In this document: piece after piece, positions 1-14,088 of the stretch
Layout: each line of letters begins with the position of its first letter
How positions within the stretch are numbered: the stretch's first letter is position 1
Assembly (NCBI RefSeq): GCF_000497125.1
Contig: NC_090598.1
Span: forward strand, 1,054,001-1,118,000
Direction: 5' to 3'
DNA length: 64,000 bases
Source: Spironucleus salmonicida
Lineage: Eukaryota
The notes under the pieces: model-generated
The model's input: only the letters and a program-made list of their open reading frames with translations
What the model was told of the DNA's origin: nothing
The model's database searches: none
Translations under genes and position numbers: made by a program

Positions 1-182
1 TGCTCCTGCCTCTGCAGCTTCGCAGCGCGCTTCTCGGCCTCCTGCACCGCGAAGTCCTCGTAGAAGGCCCTATTCTGCTTCTTCAGGGCCGAGAGGGAGA
101 GCGTGGCTGGGCGCTGGAAGGACTTCATGGAGGACTTGAGCGTTGGTGTGATCGAGGTTGCGAATGGGTTGGATGAGTTCAT
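1..182 (-). CDS. hypothetical protein, 5' part only (runs off the window start)
   Basis: ATG at 182; open frame MNSSNPFATSITPTLKSSMKSFQRPATLSLSALKKQNRAFYEDFAVQEAEKRAAKLQRQE with GC3-rich codons. Confidence 0.65.
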   Translation of the reverse strand, partial: MNSSNPFATSITPTLKSSMKSFQRPATLSLSALKKQNRAFYEDFAVQEAEKRAAKLQRQE

Positions 183-595
183 AATGCGATGCGGCAAGTA
201 TCCCGCCCTCGGTATAATAATACTCCAAAATGCAGTGAAATGAAACGCTAGCGCTGGGACATGTTGCTAGCGTCAGGCAGGGTCCGGCCACTGCCTGGTG
301 GTGTTTGCGTACGACCTTGGTCACCAGAGGCGGCCGCTTAGTAGTCCACGTCCACGCTTATAGAATGCGTGCGACGCGCGTGCCGATGCGAGTCGTATGC
401 TCGTAGCAGTACTTTTGCGCTACGATTTTGCGGAACGCGCGCGAATTAGCATCTTTGGTATTTACGGCAAACGGCCACTCACAGATGAGCGTTTACTTGC
501 GCATTGCGAATGCAAACTGGCATGTCGGTTTTGGCGGTTGTACTAGCCCCGAATACTCGCAACCTCAAGTACGCTCGATAAAGAAATTAACTCTG

Positions 596-3064
596 TCACT
601 TCTGGTCCGCGTTGAGCACTCCAGAGCTATGCTTTACAAGGAAAAATAGCTGCTTAAACTGGACAAATCGCTTCAAGCGCACTGGGAACACCAATTCTAC
701 ATGGTACATGATTGCATCCTCCCACGTAATCTGTCTGTCGTAAGATGATTGGTGCTATTTGAACATTCTGCCATCCTTGTAATAATACGTCATCTTAATA
801 TTCAGCCCTAAATAGTACTTCAATCCCGCCCTCAAGACAAAACTATCGATATTCAAGTGTGATAGCTGTTCGGGGTCATACGACGCGGATTTGGCGACTT
901 TAATGCTATTGATATATAAGTACTGTATAGATTTCATTTTTATTAACTACTCGAACTAGGAAACACAGCTTTTTTGAATCTTGACCCCTACAATTTTCAC
1001 GTACTTGATGTCTAGCAAAACAGGTACCGACAACGTTGAGATCTAAATATTATCAAGTGATATCTTCTTAAGAGTGTTGACGATGTACAATTATATAAAA
1101 TTTACATTATTGTGCACCATGTATCTCGAGATCGAGAGTTCTTCCAAAACCTCGCAACTCTGTAGCGCTGTAGACAGAAGATCCTTGTCAATGAACGTCT
1201 CCAGCATGCGCTCATGTTTGGTCTGCGGGTCTTCATTGCTGTGTAAAGCAGCAGATTTGCGGTCCAGAACCACAATACCCGGCATCCTATTAGCCTCTCC
1301 AGACGCACCCACAACCGATTCAGATTCAGCATGCCCTGATGCGGAATCCGCGATAGGTTCATAAATTTCAGTTTCGAACAAGTTCAACCGTTTCATGCAT
1401 TTTGGGAGCGAAAAGCTGTGCAAAATTTGGCAGTGATAGCTCTGCTCCACCAACTCTGTCTTCTCTGTATCAATTACTGTGAGATTCCCAATGAGGCTGA
1501 AACTGTGCTGCACCTCGGTGAAAATGTGCTCAGGAACGATCAGCTAGTCGACTTTCACAATGGATATAAGTTCAAAGGTTTACCTGCAAAACGTATCAAA
1601 TATACGCTGGCTTTATTCCCCGCTCAGCAGGACTTCCTCTAGGGACAATCTAACCAAGCCCTCACAATACGGAACGCAATCCAGTAGGAAGCTGTCGTGC
1701 GGCGCCATCGCCTTACACTGCTACTGACTGTAATTGTAAAAATCTGATTTTAGAGTTAGCCCCTAAAAACTATCGGGGAAGGCATATGAAAAATTCCCGA
1801 TGACCACATTGTTAAGGACGTAGTTCTGGACTTTGCACAGAATTTCCAGGTTAAGAATTGCGTAAAAGCTGATTTCAAGATGCTCCAGGCACTGTGTATG
1901 CTCTCCTATGACAAATTTTTCCATTGATTGCTTTGTAGAATACCTTTTGCTGAAGAACCGCCCTGGATCCAATACAAGCTTTTTTAGATCGGCTATCTAG
2001 TTGACTCCCGCAAAGATATCCATAAACTTAGAGCATTTATTCTGCTCCGTATACATTATCATCTCCTCTACAGTGCTACCGCTAACAACAACACTACTTA
2101 TGCTGGTTGTTGCATTGAGCTTTAGCACAGAAACTTTTGATTCCCGTAATTCTAAGGCCTCTATCGTGTCTCTTTAGGCGGACTCAGGCCTGGTCAAGTC
2201 CAAACTGTTAGTGTCTACGTTTATCTGAATCTAGCCTTCGAACTCAGTAACTAGAGAATTTATCGCCTGCTCAACGACCTAACAAACTTAACTCTTATGT
2301 TTTATAGATATAAAGCTATTTTCGCGAATATTAAATGGAAGATTAGCAGATATATTAAGTTATTCAGCTTAATAAAAGTTAATACTGTTGAACTTATCGC
2401 TAAAAATTGCATTCTCTATAATATTTAGCTACAGTTCAGCAGTAGCACATGCATTTTCCAGAATTCGTTTTGAGTTGCTTGGGGTAGAATCTGCGCATAT
2501 AATCTATATGCAATACGCCAAAAACAGGTTAGGAAACAGATCAAGCTGCGCGTCGGTAATATTTATTTTCACTGGCTGTATTGGGTACTGCTCAAATACC
2601 TTATTGTCAGCTATTTAGTAGAGGTAATTGAACATCACTTTAATGCCATTAATGAGTAAAGTTTGAATATGTTGTGCCTCCGTGAGCCAAATTGCAGAGA
2701 TTGCGTTCAGTTCGCAAACCAAAACCTTAGGCTTTAGCAGGATGAACTGCTTGTTGCTATAAACTTATATGTTATATGCTGTAACTATATCGTAGTATGC
2801 TAAAGTATCAACTTTGCAACCAGATAAGTTAACTAAAGTATTTTCACCTCCTGTTAACTTTAATTTAGATTCTTCAATCAGCAGTTCAGTGTTGCTGACA
2901 GCCTAAAAATATTTGTTATTTGTTATATGCTTGTACTTTGAAGAGTAAGTAACAGAGAACTTTACACTCTCAGCATTTACAATACTTACACATTTATCAT
3001 CATCATGAAGTTTTACTGTTTTACCGGTGTAGTCGCATACATTACAATCATAGCTTACCTCCAT
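596..3064 (-). CDS. hypothetical protein, ~822 aa, LRR-like/beta-solenoid character
   Basis: ORF fragments 1763-1972, 1091-1513 and 755-937 share one frame with ATG 3064 and are separated only by TAA/TAG; ends AAG TGA. Confidence 0.75.
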
Positions 3065-4379
3065 TTAGAAAATATTAATAGGTACTATTATACTATGCTA
3101 TGTAAATAGGGAGCGTAACCTGATATAATGTTTTATAGTAGGTGGGTGCAATATTGCAATATACTTGTTATATTCATTATAGCAAAAGTGGTTTATGTAT
3201 ATTAACATGTATAATAATAGGGTATGTGAAATTGCTGATTGCTGGTAATATATAATTATTTGTGCGGACTAGGCTTGAGTAGGTAGCTCACGGCGCTGTC
3301 CATCAATGCTTTTATCTGGTCTAGCGGGCTGGACCAGAACCGAGTTAATATGGTAATCAGCACGGATAATCTAAAACATTAAATAGTAAACTCGAATAGT
3401 TAGAAATTTCTCCTGCACGTGTGAGCGCAAACAATGCAGCCTGCATATCAACTCTGCATAACTAATGCGCATAAGGGTGGTATCCTGCTCGCCTAAAAAA
3501 TGTATTTGCAGTATTACTTTACGGTGCGCCGCACTCATATTTAGCTATAACTAATAAGACGCGACAATACCGTATACAAGCACCAATAAAGCTAAAACTA
3601 AGACGATAGCAAAATATTCTAAGCCCAACCGAGCATTTCCTAACCAAAAATTTGAAACACCGTGTCAGGCCTGCAAATCTGAACTACCATGCGCGCAATT
3701 TGTAAACGCTACTGCATGTGGGAGCGGACACTGTTAATTTCAAGATCTGCAGTATAAAAGCCTAGCATGAAACTACCACCCACTTACTTCAAACCATAAA
3801 TATTAGAATAAAACTGGCGTAGTGCTCCTGAAATCATAGATGACATCACACCATTACTAGACTTTAACAATAATTATAGTCTAGCTAATCTCCACAATTT
3901 TATTCAATTCGAATAGAGGAACTATACTAATGAAATTGACCTTGCCTTTATCAGTGGGTGTATCGATGGAGACTAATGGGTTTTTCCTGGCGAGCTAGCA
4001 AGATGGGGATGGTACGAATTTATAGCTGGTACAAAATGTGGTTACAATTATTTAAAGACGATTTGGAACGTGAAAGATGCGGGCTACTATGAAGATCTAA
4101 AATAGATACATTTAGACTATATAACCTGTTTAATATAGGTTAAAAAGCTTCATAACAGTGATATAACTGCTTAAGAACGACTATAGAGATTGTCCATCAA
4201 ACTAACAAGATCAAAACTGACCCACATCCACGACACTAACCCCATTTAAACCCCATTCCCCTAGTATTATTATGTCTTAATTTTCATTATTACTACTAAA
4301 ATGAAAATTTTAGATTTCGGATTAAATGCTAATACGATAAATACTGTAAAATACCAATCAGCTAAATCACACATAAACA

Positions 4380-4913
4380 TCAGCATTTATAGTACTTCTT
4401 CAGCTGACTGTACTCCTCGTATTCTTCCCTACCAAAGACGCAAAAAACTACTTCCCCTTCGAACTCGCTTCTCAGGACTGTTTGAAATGCAATTTCGGCA
4501 GCTTCCGTAAGCGGGAACTGATATATCCCGCACGATAAGCACGGAAAGCTTACAGATCTTATTTTAAGCTTTTTGCACATCTAAATGACATTGTTGTAGC
4601 AGCTGGTAAGGATTTACGATCTGTTTTCGTTATCTCGCGTGCGACAGTCAGGACCCACTGTGTGAATAATAAACTCCTGGGCCAGGTTGAAGGCTGGTGT
4701 AGCTACTGCTGATCCTGACTCGCAGAATCCTATTTGTTCGGTAGCGATCTAGAGGTCTGGACCTGCAGCTTTATAGATCGCGCCACAGACACCACCTCCT
4801 GGGTAAAGCTACTTGTTTGCTGCGTTAACTATGGCTTAAGTATGCTGTTATGTTATTGAATCTTTTGATAACGAGATTTTAAGTTTCGAGGAAAATGGAA
4901 TTGGTTGATTCAT
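4380..4913 (-). CDS. macro-domain protein (MacroD/YmdB-type ADP-ribose/O-acetyl-ADP-ribose hydrolase family), 177 aa
   Basis: Motifs AIVNAAN, GGGVCGAIYKAAG, IIHTVGP, FPCLSCGIYQFP once TAA/TAG are read as Gln. Confidence 0.92.
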
Positions 4914-5152
4914 TAATAATAGGAAAGAGTAATATATTAATATTATATAACATTAATTATGTAAGTTAGAATAAACGAAATGTAACTTACTTTAAGTAAA
5001 ATTCATTATCAGCATACGTTTATAAAGATACTGATATTGAAAAATATTTCTACTATTAAATAATATATAAATTTAATATATTATATTTTCCTTTATGAAT
5101 TACTTATTTGAGTATTTATATACAATATAGTTAAATAATTACTTTCTGATCA

Positions 5153-5980
5153 ATGGATAATAATACCTATGATGACCCAAATAGGTATCTTTTAGCAATA
5201 GCGTAATATGTTTCGAAGATTCATACTAGTTTACCGTCAGTTTAACTATTAATGTCCAACCATAGTCTACTACATTAATATGTTTAGTCAATTAAGGTTG
5301 ATTGGCATAAAATCGCATAGGATCTTTAAATTAATAGAAATAAAATATACCACTGGTACTATGAGACATATCTAAGACACGTTACACAAGATAAAATAGA
5401 GAAAGAAGATAAGGCAGAAATGACTCAACTAATTGTTGAAGCAATTATTTCGCGACGAATTCTTGACCCTACGTTTTAATAATAATTAAAAAGTGAAGTA
5501 TTTGGTGATAGAAAAGTTCATCGCGCTGACTTTTCTATGACGTATAATAATATAATAAGAACCAAAGTGGTTAAAGAGATGATTTAAAAACATAATTTAC
5601 AGCTTCCTGGAAAGAGAACGGGTTAGTCAAACTTCTAATCACGAGCAATTTCGCCAGGCCAATCTTTCATTGCTGATGTAGTTCCAGTTCCGGCATAGAG
5701 CTATATGGTTTCACCGCCATAGTTTCCAAACATTATCATTCCCAATATACCGATATAACAATAAAATCAGCAATTTGCAGCATTTAACGAAAGATACAAA
5801 TTTGAACCATTCAAAGACGAGGAAGTGCAATATTTTTTAAATAATTGCCCTAGTCCGCAGTTGGAGACTAGGGACCTAAGCATTGAACCGTAAAGCTTTG
5901 AATTTATGACCTTTCAAGACGAGGCCAATAACTTTCCTTGGGACCAACTTACTTACAAGCTCGAAGTTCTCAAAAAGTGA
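5153..5980 (+). CDS. Myb/SANT-like putative DNA-binding protein, 275 aa
   Basis: ATG 5153 to AAG TGA; DWHKIAQDLQINRNKIYHWYYETYLRH resembles Myb-like helices; Q/P-rich C-terminus. Confidence 0.7.
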
Positions 5981-6041
5981 GTTTTATTGAATATGCATTA
6001 TTATACGTTATATATCAATATTTCCTAAAAATACAAATTTT

Positions 6042-7535
6042 ATGTTCGACCAGACGCGCTACGACCGCACCCTCCCGAAGTCCATAAACGACCGCAGACG
6101 CCAGGAAACTCATTTTCTATCCTACGAAGCCTACATCTCGACGCAGGAGTTCAACGCGCTGCGGGCGCGAAAGCTGTCGAAACCGGCGCCGAAAGCGCGC
6201 GCCGTTTCGCAGGCCGAGCTGGGGCTCCGAATTCGGTCCCGCGAGGCCGCGAATCGCGCCCTGCTGCGCCGCCTCTTCGACGCGGAGCTCGCGGGCTACG
6301 ACGCGGCGCTGGCCGCCCTGGCGCCTTCTGAGGACCAGATTTTGGCCGAAAACGAGCTCCGCGCGGCCGGAATTCGCGCGGATAAAAACGCCGAAACGCG
6401 TCATTTCTGCGCCCAGAAACGCGCGCAGCAGCTAGAAAACAACTGCGACGAACTGAGAATCCTGAAGCACGAAATGCACGCCAAGGCATCACGGCTCACG
6501 CTGGACTACCAGGTTCAGGCAAAAAAGGAGCGGAACGAAAAGGAGCGGAAAATCGAATTGTAAGTCGATTTGATGGTCGTCGCGGATCACCGAAAATTCG
6601 TTTCTGAGCAGCAGGCGAATTTTGCTCTCAAAAAGTGCGAAATTCAGCGCAAAAAGTGCGAAATTGAAGCGGAAATCGACCTTAAGAGCCAGCTGAGAGT
6701 CCGCCAGCAGGCAGAGCGGCTGATCGAGGCCCAGAAAGCGCAGGAGCTGAACGCGCAGCGGAAGGTGTTGGATCAGCTCGAAAATGACGTAATTTTCGAG
6801 TAAAAAATGGCAAATCGCAAGAATTTGGAGTGTTTAATCGCCGTAGAAAACGCAAAAAAAGCCGTAGAAAACGCGAATTAAATCGTCGAAGAACGGACTC
6901 AAAACGACGAAATTAACGCCGAAATTCGCTAGTAGGCGCTCGAAAATTTAGCGCAAAAAGAGCTCCTGCGCGACTAATAAGCCGTATACTGCGAGCTCGT
7001 GAACTACCGAAAAGAAGTGGTGCGGAAAGAAAATTTAGTTATAGATAATATATATTATTAATAAATTAAAAATGGAGTGGGAGCGGAAAATCTGCGAAAC
7101 GAAAACGAGCGCGCGCGTGACCGGAAAATCAGCCAAATTTGTTTTGAGTACAACAAAGGAGTGGAAAATCGAAATTAAAGTGAAATCTAGCAAAATTAAT
7201 AACAGAAACTCCTAGAAAATTAATAACACCTCCAGGACCTCCAAATTCTCGAGGAGGAGCGGCTCATAAACTACCAAAAACAAGTCGACCAGCAGCTCGA
7301 ATACGTCACTTTCCTGAACTTCTAAGAAACTGAGGCCGCCGCAAAAGCGAATTCGCTGCGCCGCGAGGACGAAAAAATACTCGAATTTCAGCAGAAAAAA
7401 CTCGATTTTGAGGCCGTTTAGCAGTAGAATTTCGCTGAGAAACTCCGTAAGAACATCTCGGAAATTGTGCACAACTTCGCTCCACCGGAAACGAAGCGGG
7501 GAGCGCTAAAACGGCGCCAGTGGTACAACGTGTGA
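6042..7535 (+). CDS. CFAP53/CCDC11-like axonemal coiled-coil protein, 497 aa
   Basis: ATG 6042 in frame with TGA 7533; RRLFDAE...QQLENNCDELR segment resembles CFAP53; long E/Q/R/K coiled coil. Confidence 0.72.
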
Positions 7536-7545
7536 CGTCCTGTGC

Positions 7546-8235
7546 TCACTCCATGCGCCATTCCCACTCGTCCAGCCACTCGTCGTAGAGGTCACGTTTT
7601 CCGGCCGTTTTTAGCGGCCGCGTGACCGTAAAAACAGGGTATTCGTACACTACAACATCCGCCAAAAGTCCGGACAAATTTTCCTGCAAATCGACTTCCA
7701 GGGCGTTGAATTTGCAGCCGTCGAGTTTCAGGAACATTTCGGTGTAGGAAGCGCTGTACTGCGCGTTGAAATCGGCCAAAATGCGCCCCGCGGGGTCGTC
7801 CCAGCGCAGCGCTGAGCGCATTGCCGTTCTGCCGTCGAGCAGCTCGCAAAAAATCGTTTCCGGCGTCGAGAGGTTTTGCGAGGCCTTCTGCGACTGATTC
7901 GGCAGGAAAACGACGCGCGACGAGCGCTCGTCGTAGGCCTTGTAGAGCAGTTTTTGCGTTTTCGTGTACGCCTTGTACGGGGCGAGGCGCTTCAACATTT
8001 TCAGGCTGGATTGCGTTTTCTCGGTCAGGCAAGCGATTTTCTGGACGTCTGACTTCAAATTGGCCGTTGTGTAGTCTTTCATGTCCACGTGGTCGGAAAA
8101 CTCGCCGTCGCAGTCTGCAACTTCCTTGTGCAGAACGCAGCATTCTAGGCTGCAGGAGCAGGTCTGGCACGATGGGCAGGTGTATATCGACTTCTTCTTG
8201 CACTTCCAGCAGCGAAATCTAGGCAGAGAAAGCAT
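7546..8235 (-). CDS. HIT zinc-finger box C/D snoRNP assembly factor (BCD1/ZNHIT6-like), 229 aa
   Basis: CWKC..YTCPSC..SCSLECC..HK...CDG zf-HIT domain; C-terminal VVYEYPVF motif typical of BCD1. Confidence 0.82.
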   Translation of the reverse strand: MLSLPRFRCWKCKKKSIYTCPSCQTCSCSLECCVLHKEVADCDGEFSDHVDMKDYTTANLKSDVQKIACLTEKTQSSLKMLKRLAPYKAYTKTQKLLYKAYDERSSRVVFLPNQSQKASQNLSTPETIFCELLDGRTAMRSALRWDDPAGRILADFNAQYSASYTEMFLKLDGCKFNALEVDLQENLSGLLADVVVYEYPVFTVTRPLKTAGKRDLYDEWLDEWEWRME

Positions 8236-8334
8236 TCGGAAGGGAAAAATGAATATAACGATTTTTAATATATAATAATTATAATAGTCATTTTTTGTAG
8301 TTTGCTGTCGATTTTCAGCGAAAAAACATCATTT

Positions 8335-8826
8335 TCAGACGCACGGGCCTTTGCCCTCCACGGCCGTGCATATAAGCTCGTACTGTACCTGGCTGACCTG
8401 TCGTGCCTTCGCGCAAACTTACAGGACCTCTTCCTCGCAATTTTGGGAGTATTTCGTGCCCAGGAACTCCAATATTAGCCGCCGGTCTATGTAGCCGTCG
8501 AAGTCGTAGTCCAGCCAGCAGAATTCGCTGGCGGTATCGGAAACCGCCCGAAAAACGACGTAGGCGATCCCCAGAAAGTCCTTCTCGTTCAGCTCTACGT
8601 TTTCGGATAGTTTGTGGAACTGTTGCTCGATCTGTGCCGGCTGGACGGAAAGAAAGTGTGCGAGCCGCGACGCCGCCTTATGGAGCGACAACGTGGACGT
8701 CGTTAGGCGGCGGAACTGAAAGCGGAAAAGTTCCAGCGGGAAGCGCGGTGGTTCCGGTGTGGACAGTTGCGAAATTTTGGTCTGAAGCTCCGTCACGTCA
8801 ACGAAGCAAGACTGGATGTTGCCCAT
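8335..8826 (-). CDS. EF-hand protein with possible N-myristoylation (MGN...), 163 aa
   Basis: Starts MGNIQSC; EF loop DYDFDGYID; reads through TAA at 8419 to TGA 8335. Confidence 0.65.
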
Positions 8827-9463
8827 TCTGGAAGAAAAATGGTGGGGATATTATTATATAAGAAAATTTTTTATATTTATTTGGTGAGGTGGATGTGATA
8901 TGAAGGGAACTGAAATAGAAAAATTTTGTATCTAAACCTAGTAAAATACAAATACATATATAATAAATCACTTAAAATTTTACATGTAGATCAGTTACTT
9001 TGAAGCAAAAATAGTTGTTTTCTAGCTCAGGATTTCTAGTAACTTTTAATGGTGTTCTTATGCGTACTTCATTCTTATGTTAACTTGATCAAAGTTAAAA
9101 ACTGCGGAGGAGTATATCCCTTTTTTATATTTCAAGATATCTTACTGAGAGCCTAGCTATTAACTTATCTCTACTATTTATATATTTAGTTAAACTTATA
9201 CTTCTTAAATTTTAGTCTTAAGATAATTTAGTTAGGCTTCTTACTAACATAAAGATTCTGAATGCTCAATTAATGAAGAGCTTAACATTATATATTTAAC
9301 AATATTGTATGTATAATAATTTGATTTATTTATATTTTAAAAAGCAGTAGTATATCTACCCTATAATATTATATCTATATAATTATGTATATTTTTTATT
9401 AAAAGCTATATATTTTATAACATATAATATAGTATACTATACTGGTCCATTTCATTTTAAATC

Positions 9464-10477
9464 ATGGATCCTTTTGATATATTCGATGCAGCGCCTTAAG
9501 ACACTGGTGAAACTAACACTTATCCTAACGATTAAACATAGTAATAAGATTATGATGTTTTTGGCTAAGAATAGCAAGACTTAAATTAAGAAGAGTATTA
9601 ATAATAGCAAGAATAATAGGAACCTACTCCAGAATAACCAACTGAAGAAGTTAAGGAAGTCTTATAAGAAGAAGAATAAGTTGTTGTCGATGAGCCTTAA
9701 GAAGAGGATAAGATAGATGTATAAGTTGCTGAATCTGTTGAATCTAAATAATCAACTGATGAGCATATCTCAAATAATACTCCCAATGAAGCACCAACGT
9801 CGGATATCTAGTAAAATGAGTCTGAACCTAAAGTAGAAGACGAATTAGATGATATTATATAGGGAGAGGAGGCACTTAAATAGGAATCGTAACCTGCTGA
9901 TTAATTAGACGATTTTTTAAATATAGAATCAACTACATAAGCAGAATAGCCGGAGGAAGATATGGAGAATTTCTTTGGAGATCAGCCAGAAGAATAATAG
10001 TCTGAAGAAGACGTTTATAACAATGGTGAATGTATTGAAGAAGAAATAGCCTCTGAAGATATCACCAATCCAACAAAAATTGCCGAAATTTAGAGAAAAC
10101 ACGATCTCCACTTAGAGTAATGCATAAGTTAATAATAATAGGCATCTAAAGGTCTTACTGACCAGGGAGATGAATATCGTTCTGAGTAAAAGAATAGAGA
10201 AAAGGGTAGAATAGAGGCGCTTAAAGATCAGCAAGAGGAAGAAATTAAGAGGACTACTGAATTTATGACTGGAAAAGGCAGCAAATGGCTTAAAGTTAAA
10301 TAGCTTATGGGTGCACTTCCAGAAGGTAGGATTGGAGAAGTATTGAAGTTTAAATTCGAAGATGAAGAAGAACTAGAGAAACAAAAAGCTGAAGAGAGCA
10401 GTGAATCTGAAAAGGAACCCGTAAAAGCAACCAAAAATAAGAAAAAAGGTAATGTTGAACCTGAGGAGAAGAAGTGA
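9464..10477 (+). CDS. acidic low-complexity protein, candidate clathrin light chain, 337 aa
   Basis: Acidic N-terminus with DPF/DVF/DDF/FFG motifs, helical middle, GSKWLKVKQLM...RIGEVLKFK; ends AAG TGA. Confidence 0.6.
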
Positions 10478-11454
10478 AGCTGGGAAGGTTTTATAAACTT
10501 TTTAAATTATATCGCATAATAATGTTTAATTTTTATTTACCAATATATTAGTACATTGTTTGAGTAACATAAACCTAAATTATTTGTACTATTTATAAAG
10601 ATTTTTAAGGAAAATATTATTTAGCGTCTGATATTTGATTTCTAATAAGCAGTAGTATTTATCTAGTCTACTTATCAATATCAATTTAGTACTAAAGTCA
10701 CTCTCATTCCTAGAGATGCATTTTATTTCATGCTCTATTTCTATAATCCAAAACTACTAGCATCTTATTGTTGTTAAGTTTATAAAACTAACTAATAGCA
10801 CACCAATATTTTACTATTTCACACTTACATTTATTGACTTAAAAGTATATAATAGAAATATTATATTATGTAGTAATGTTACTAAACTAACCTAATTCTC
10901 GAAATTAACTAGATATCTCAATAAAGTTAATTTTTTTCAAAGTTAATAAACAAAATTTTATTCAAAATTATTAGCTAATTCTTTCTAAAATTAAAAAGTA
11001 TATCAAAAATATTTTTTAATTTCTTGGTATAACATTAACATCTCTCACAATTTACTATAATGAATAGTCCCAATTCATTAACTATAAAATTAAATAATCA
11101 ATACGTATAGAAATTTAATATAATTGTAAGATTAATTATTTATAGATTCTATTTTCGATTAGTTGGTAAGTAATAAATTTTTAATACTCATTCATATTTA
11201 ACTAAAATCTATGTTATAGCCACAATAATTAATTTTTAATTATAAATATAAAATATAATATATTTAGATAATTCTGAATAATCATAAAAATTTAAAATGA
11301 TTTTATAAAAAATAATTCTTTTAAATTATATTATCCAAAATCTATAACTAATAATACCTTTAAAATACTAAATATTTATTAGGTTACATTACAAAAAAAA
11401 CTAAAACCATGATCATTATTTACTCAGATTTTAATAACTCTTACATATTCCAAA

Positions 11455-12960
11455 ATGTACTTGATAATCATTGCTTTTTATAGTGCTGTTTCTGGTATGG
11501 ACTGTTATTCATAGAGTTCACAGTTGAACCTTTTCGCAGACTATCTCGAAATTAATCTTAGAAAACATCCTGGTACAAAATGTAACTTTCCATCTGGTGT
11601 GATGGTACAGCTACAATTTCCAGATCCTACCTTGAATATAGCATAAATTTTTACAGATTTCATCTACGAAAATACCACTTCTTTGATCATTCGCTGTGGA
11701 GCTAAATGTGCGAAATATGATGAAATAATTTCAAGTACAGTTCTAATCGACTCTCCGGAATTGACAACAGTTTTCAGTATTGGTAGTGTCCTAAATGTGC
11801 GGAAAAACAAGGAAAATAACGTATAAGATGTCCATTTAACAGTATCTGGAGATCAGATCTGCGTGATCATAAATAAGGAAAATGTAGCCAAGGACCTCAC
11901 TGCAAAATAGGTCTAATTAATTATACACTCAGACCGAGAGACTAAACTTATATTTGATACTCCTGTTGAAAAGTATGAAAAGGATTAAACATCTTTCTGC
12001 TACACTGGCAAGTTCTAGGTCCCGTTCGTGGATATGGCAGTTTTGACGATAAATGGAAAGGAAAAAGGCATTACGGTTTCATAAAATTACACAACTTTTG
12101 ATATAAAAGTTTTAAATTAACCCGATATTTTCACAGATCTAGGCACAATTGTTTTCTCGTCGTATCTTTCACTTGGATTTGGAAGGAATAAAGATAAACT
12201 AAAAACTTTTGTAGACTCAGCAGACTTCTCGAAGGCTAGTTTTGATGCTAAAATTAGGATTGATGATAAATTTTATTACATTTCAGGAATTTTTACTAAA
12301 GTACTATTTGAGAGTAATGGAAATATAGTATGTGCCTTAACTAACAACGAAGAGGAATGTAATCGGATTCTAACATTAGTTTAATAGCTACCAGCTTAAG
12401 AACAGTTTATAGTGTTCTATTTTTAAGTCGACACGTAGTTAATTATCTAAGAGGTGACAACTTTCAGGCCTTCGTGTTTTACTGATATGGAAATTATAAT
12501 TTTTAGCGATAATATAGAATTTGATTTTCAAAAAATCACGCAATAATGCCTTCTAGAATTAAATAAAGACTATACATTTAAACTAGGATATTTTGATAGT
12601 CCATAAAATTTTGCAATAGGGTCTGTTATTATTAAGACGGTTTTTGAATTTTAATAAAAATTTGATAATACAAAAGGTTAAATTATCGAAAATATAAATT
12701 AAAGTCAACAAGATGTCCTTTAAATATTAAGGACTCAATAATACGTACTTTTTTATGTTTTTAATGAAAACGAAGAATTTTTGGACTAAATTATTTCTCG
12801 TTCAGTTGGAGTTCATTTAAGACTTTAACTAGTTTTTTACTGTTCTATCTCAGTATTATTCAGTGGTTTAATAACCGTAACGATGTTTTTAGTTAGTATA
12901 CATCCACGCCCTTAAAGGATAAACCACAAAAAGCTTAAAATGACTTAGGAGGAAATTTGA
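11455..12960 (+). CDS. type I membrane protein (signal peptide + C-terminal TM), ~501 aa
   Basis: MYLIIIAFYSAVSG leader; hydrophobic LVFYCSISVLFSGLITVTMFLVSI followed by a basic tail; ATG and TGA in frame. Confidence 0.78.
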
Positions 12961-14088
12961 AGTTTATTATTATTCTGCATCATTCTCGTGTGGTAATAAT
13001 TATATACTTAAGATTTATGACGTAGTGATAATATGTATATTACTATAATAAGACTAATTAAAGATAAAACCAATAAACAATATTCTAACAATAAGTTAAA
13101 TGATAAAAGATTTTGTATATAATAATAAAAGTATCTTTTATATTAATTAAATAGTTAGTAATTTAAAATAAAACATATACTTTAAAAATGTAGGTTTAAC
13201 TTTCATTTTTTTATAGATAAATATTTTTCATATACGTTATGATAAAAAACAAAATTGTATATAATTTTCAAGTTTATCTTTATAATTAAGAAATTATCTA
13301 ATCATTAATATCTAGTATTTAAGTTGAAGATCTATTTATTTATACGATAATTCGAATATTTATTATTTTAATAAAATAAACATCCGTTTCATACTTATTC
13401 ATTTAATCAGTAAATATCAAAAAAATAATATTAATTATACCTTAAATTTAAAAAGATAATAACAATAAATTAGATTTATTCATCTATACTATATTAATTA
13501 CTTAATCATAGTATTTATTCGAATTCTAGAGAAGTATAAAGTCACAATTAGTATGTTATATAGATACAAAATTTTAATATTGTTGAGATTAATCTATATA
13601 AGTTATGTATTTCTTTTACAATTTATTTGTTTTGTATATAAATATCATAATGGACATAAAATTTCTTTCACTTTAGGATCTCGTAGTATGAATATAAGTT
13701 ACAGAATGATAAAAAAGTTTGATATTTCATTTTTTTAAGACAATGTTCTAAAATTGTAGCTGGAATAAAACGCTAAAATTATTTATTAACATATTCATTA
13801 AAATATTACTTCAATAATATTGATACTAATTAAGGAGGTATTATGCTGATTATGAAAAATATTACATTATAATTTTTAAAGTTGATATTATTATTTCATC
13901 AAATAACTATTAAAATTTACTTTAAATTAAACAAATTTACTGAAATCTGTCAATCCGGCTGCTGACTATGATAATAAGATATCTATGAATTTTAAAAATC
14001 AGTATAATTTATTACTAGTCTTTAAATAATACTTTATTTTTGTATAATATATTATTTTTAATAATTTATATATATTAAAGTAAAGTAA

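Noticed and set aside
3689-4300. Long TGA-free + strand frame (MRAICKRY...WGWYEFIAG...)
   Set aside because: No recognisable motif, and it runs without a stop into the antisense of the macro gene; may be a decayed gene or element but cannot be supported.
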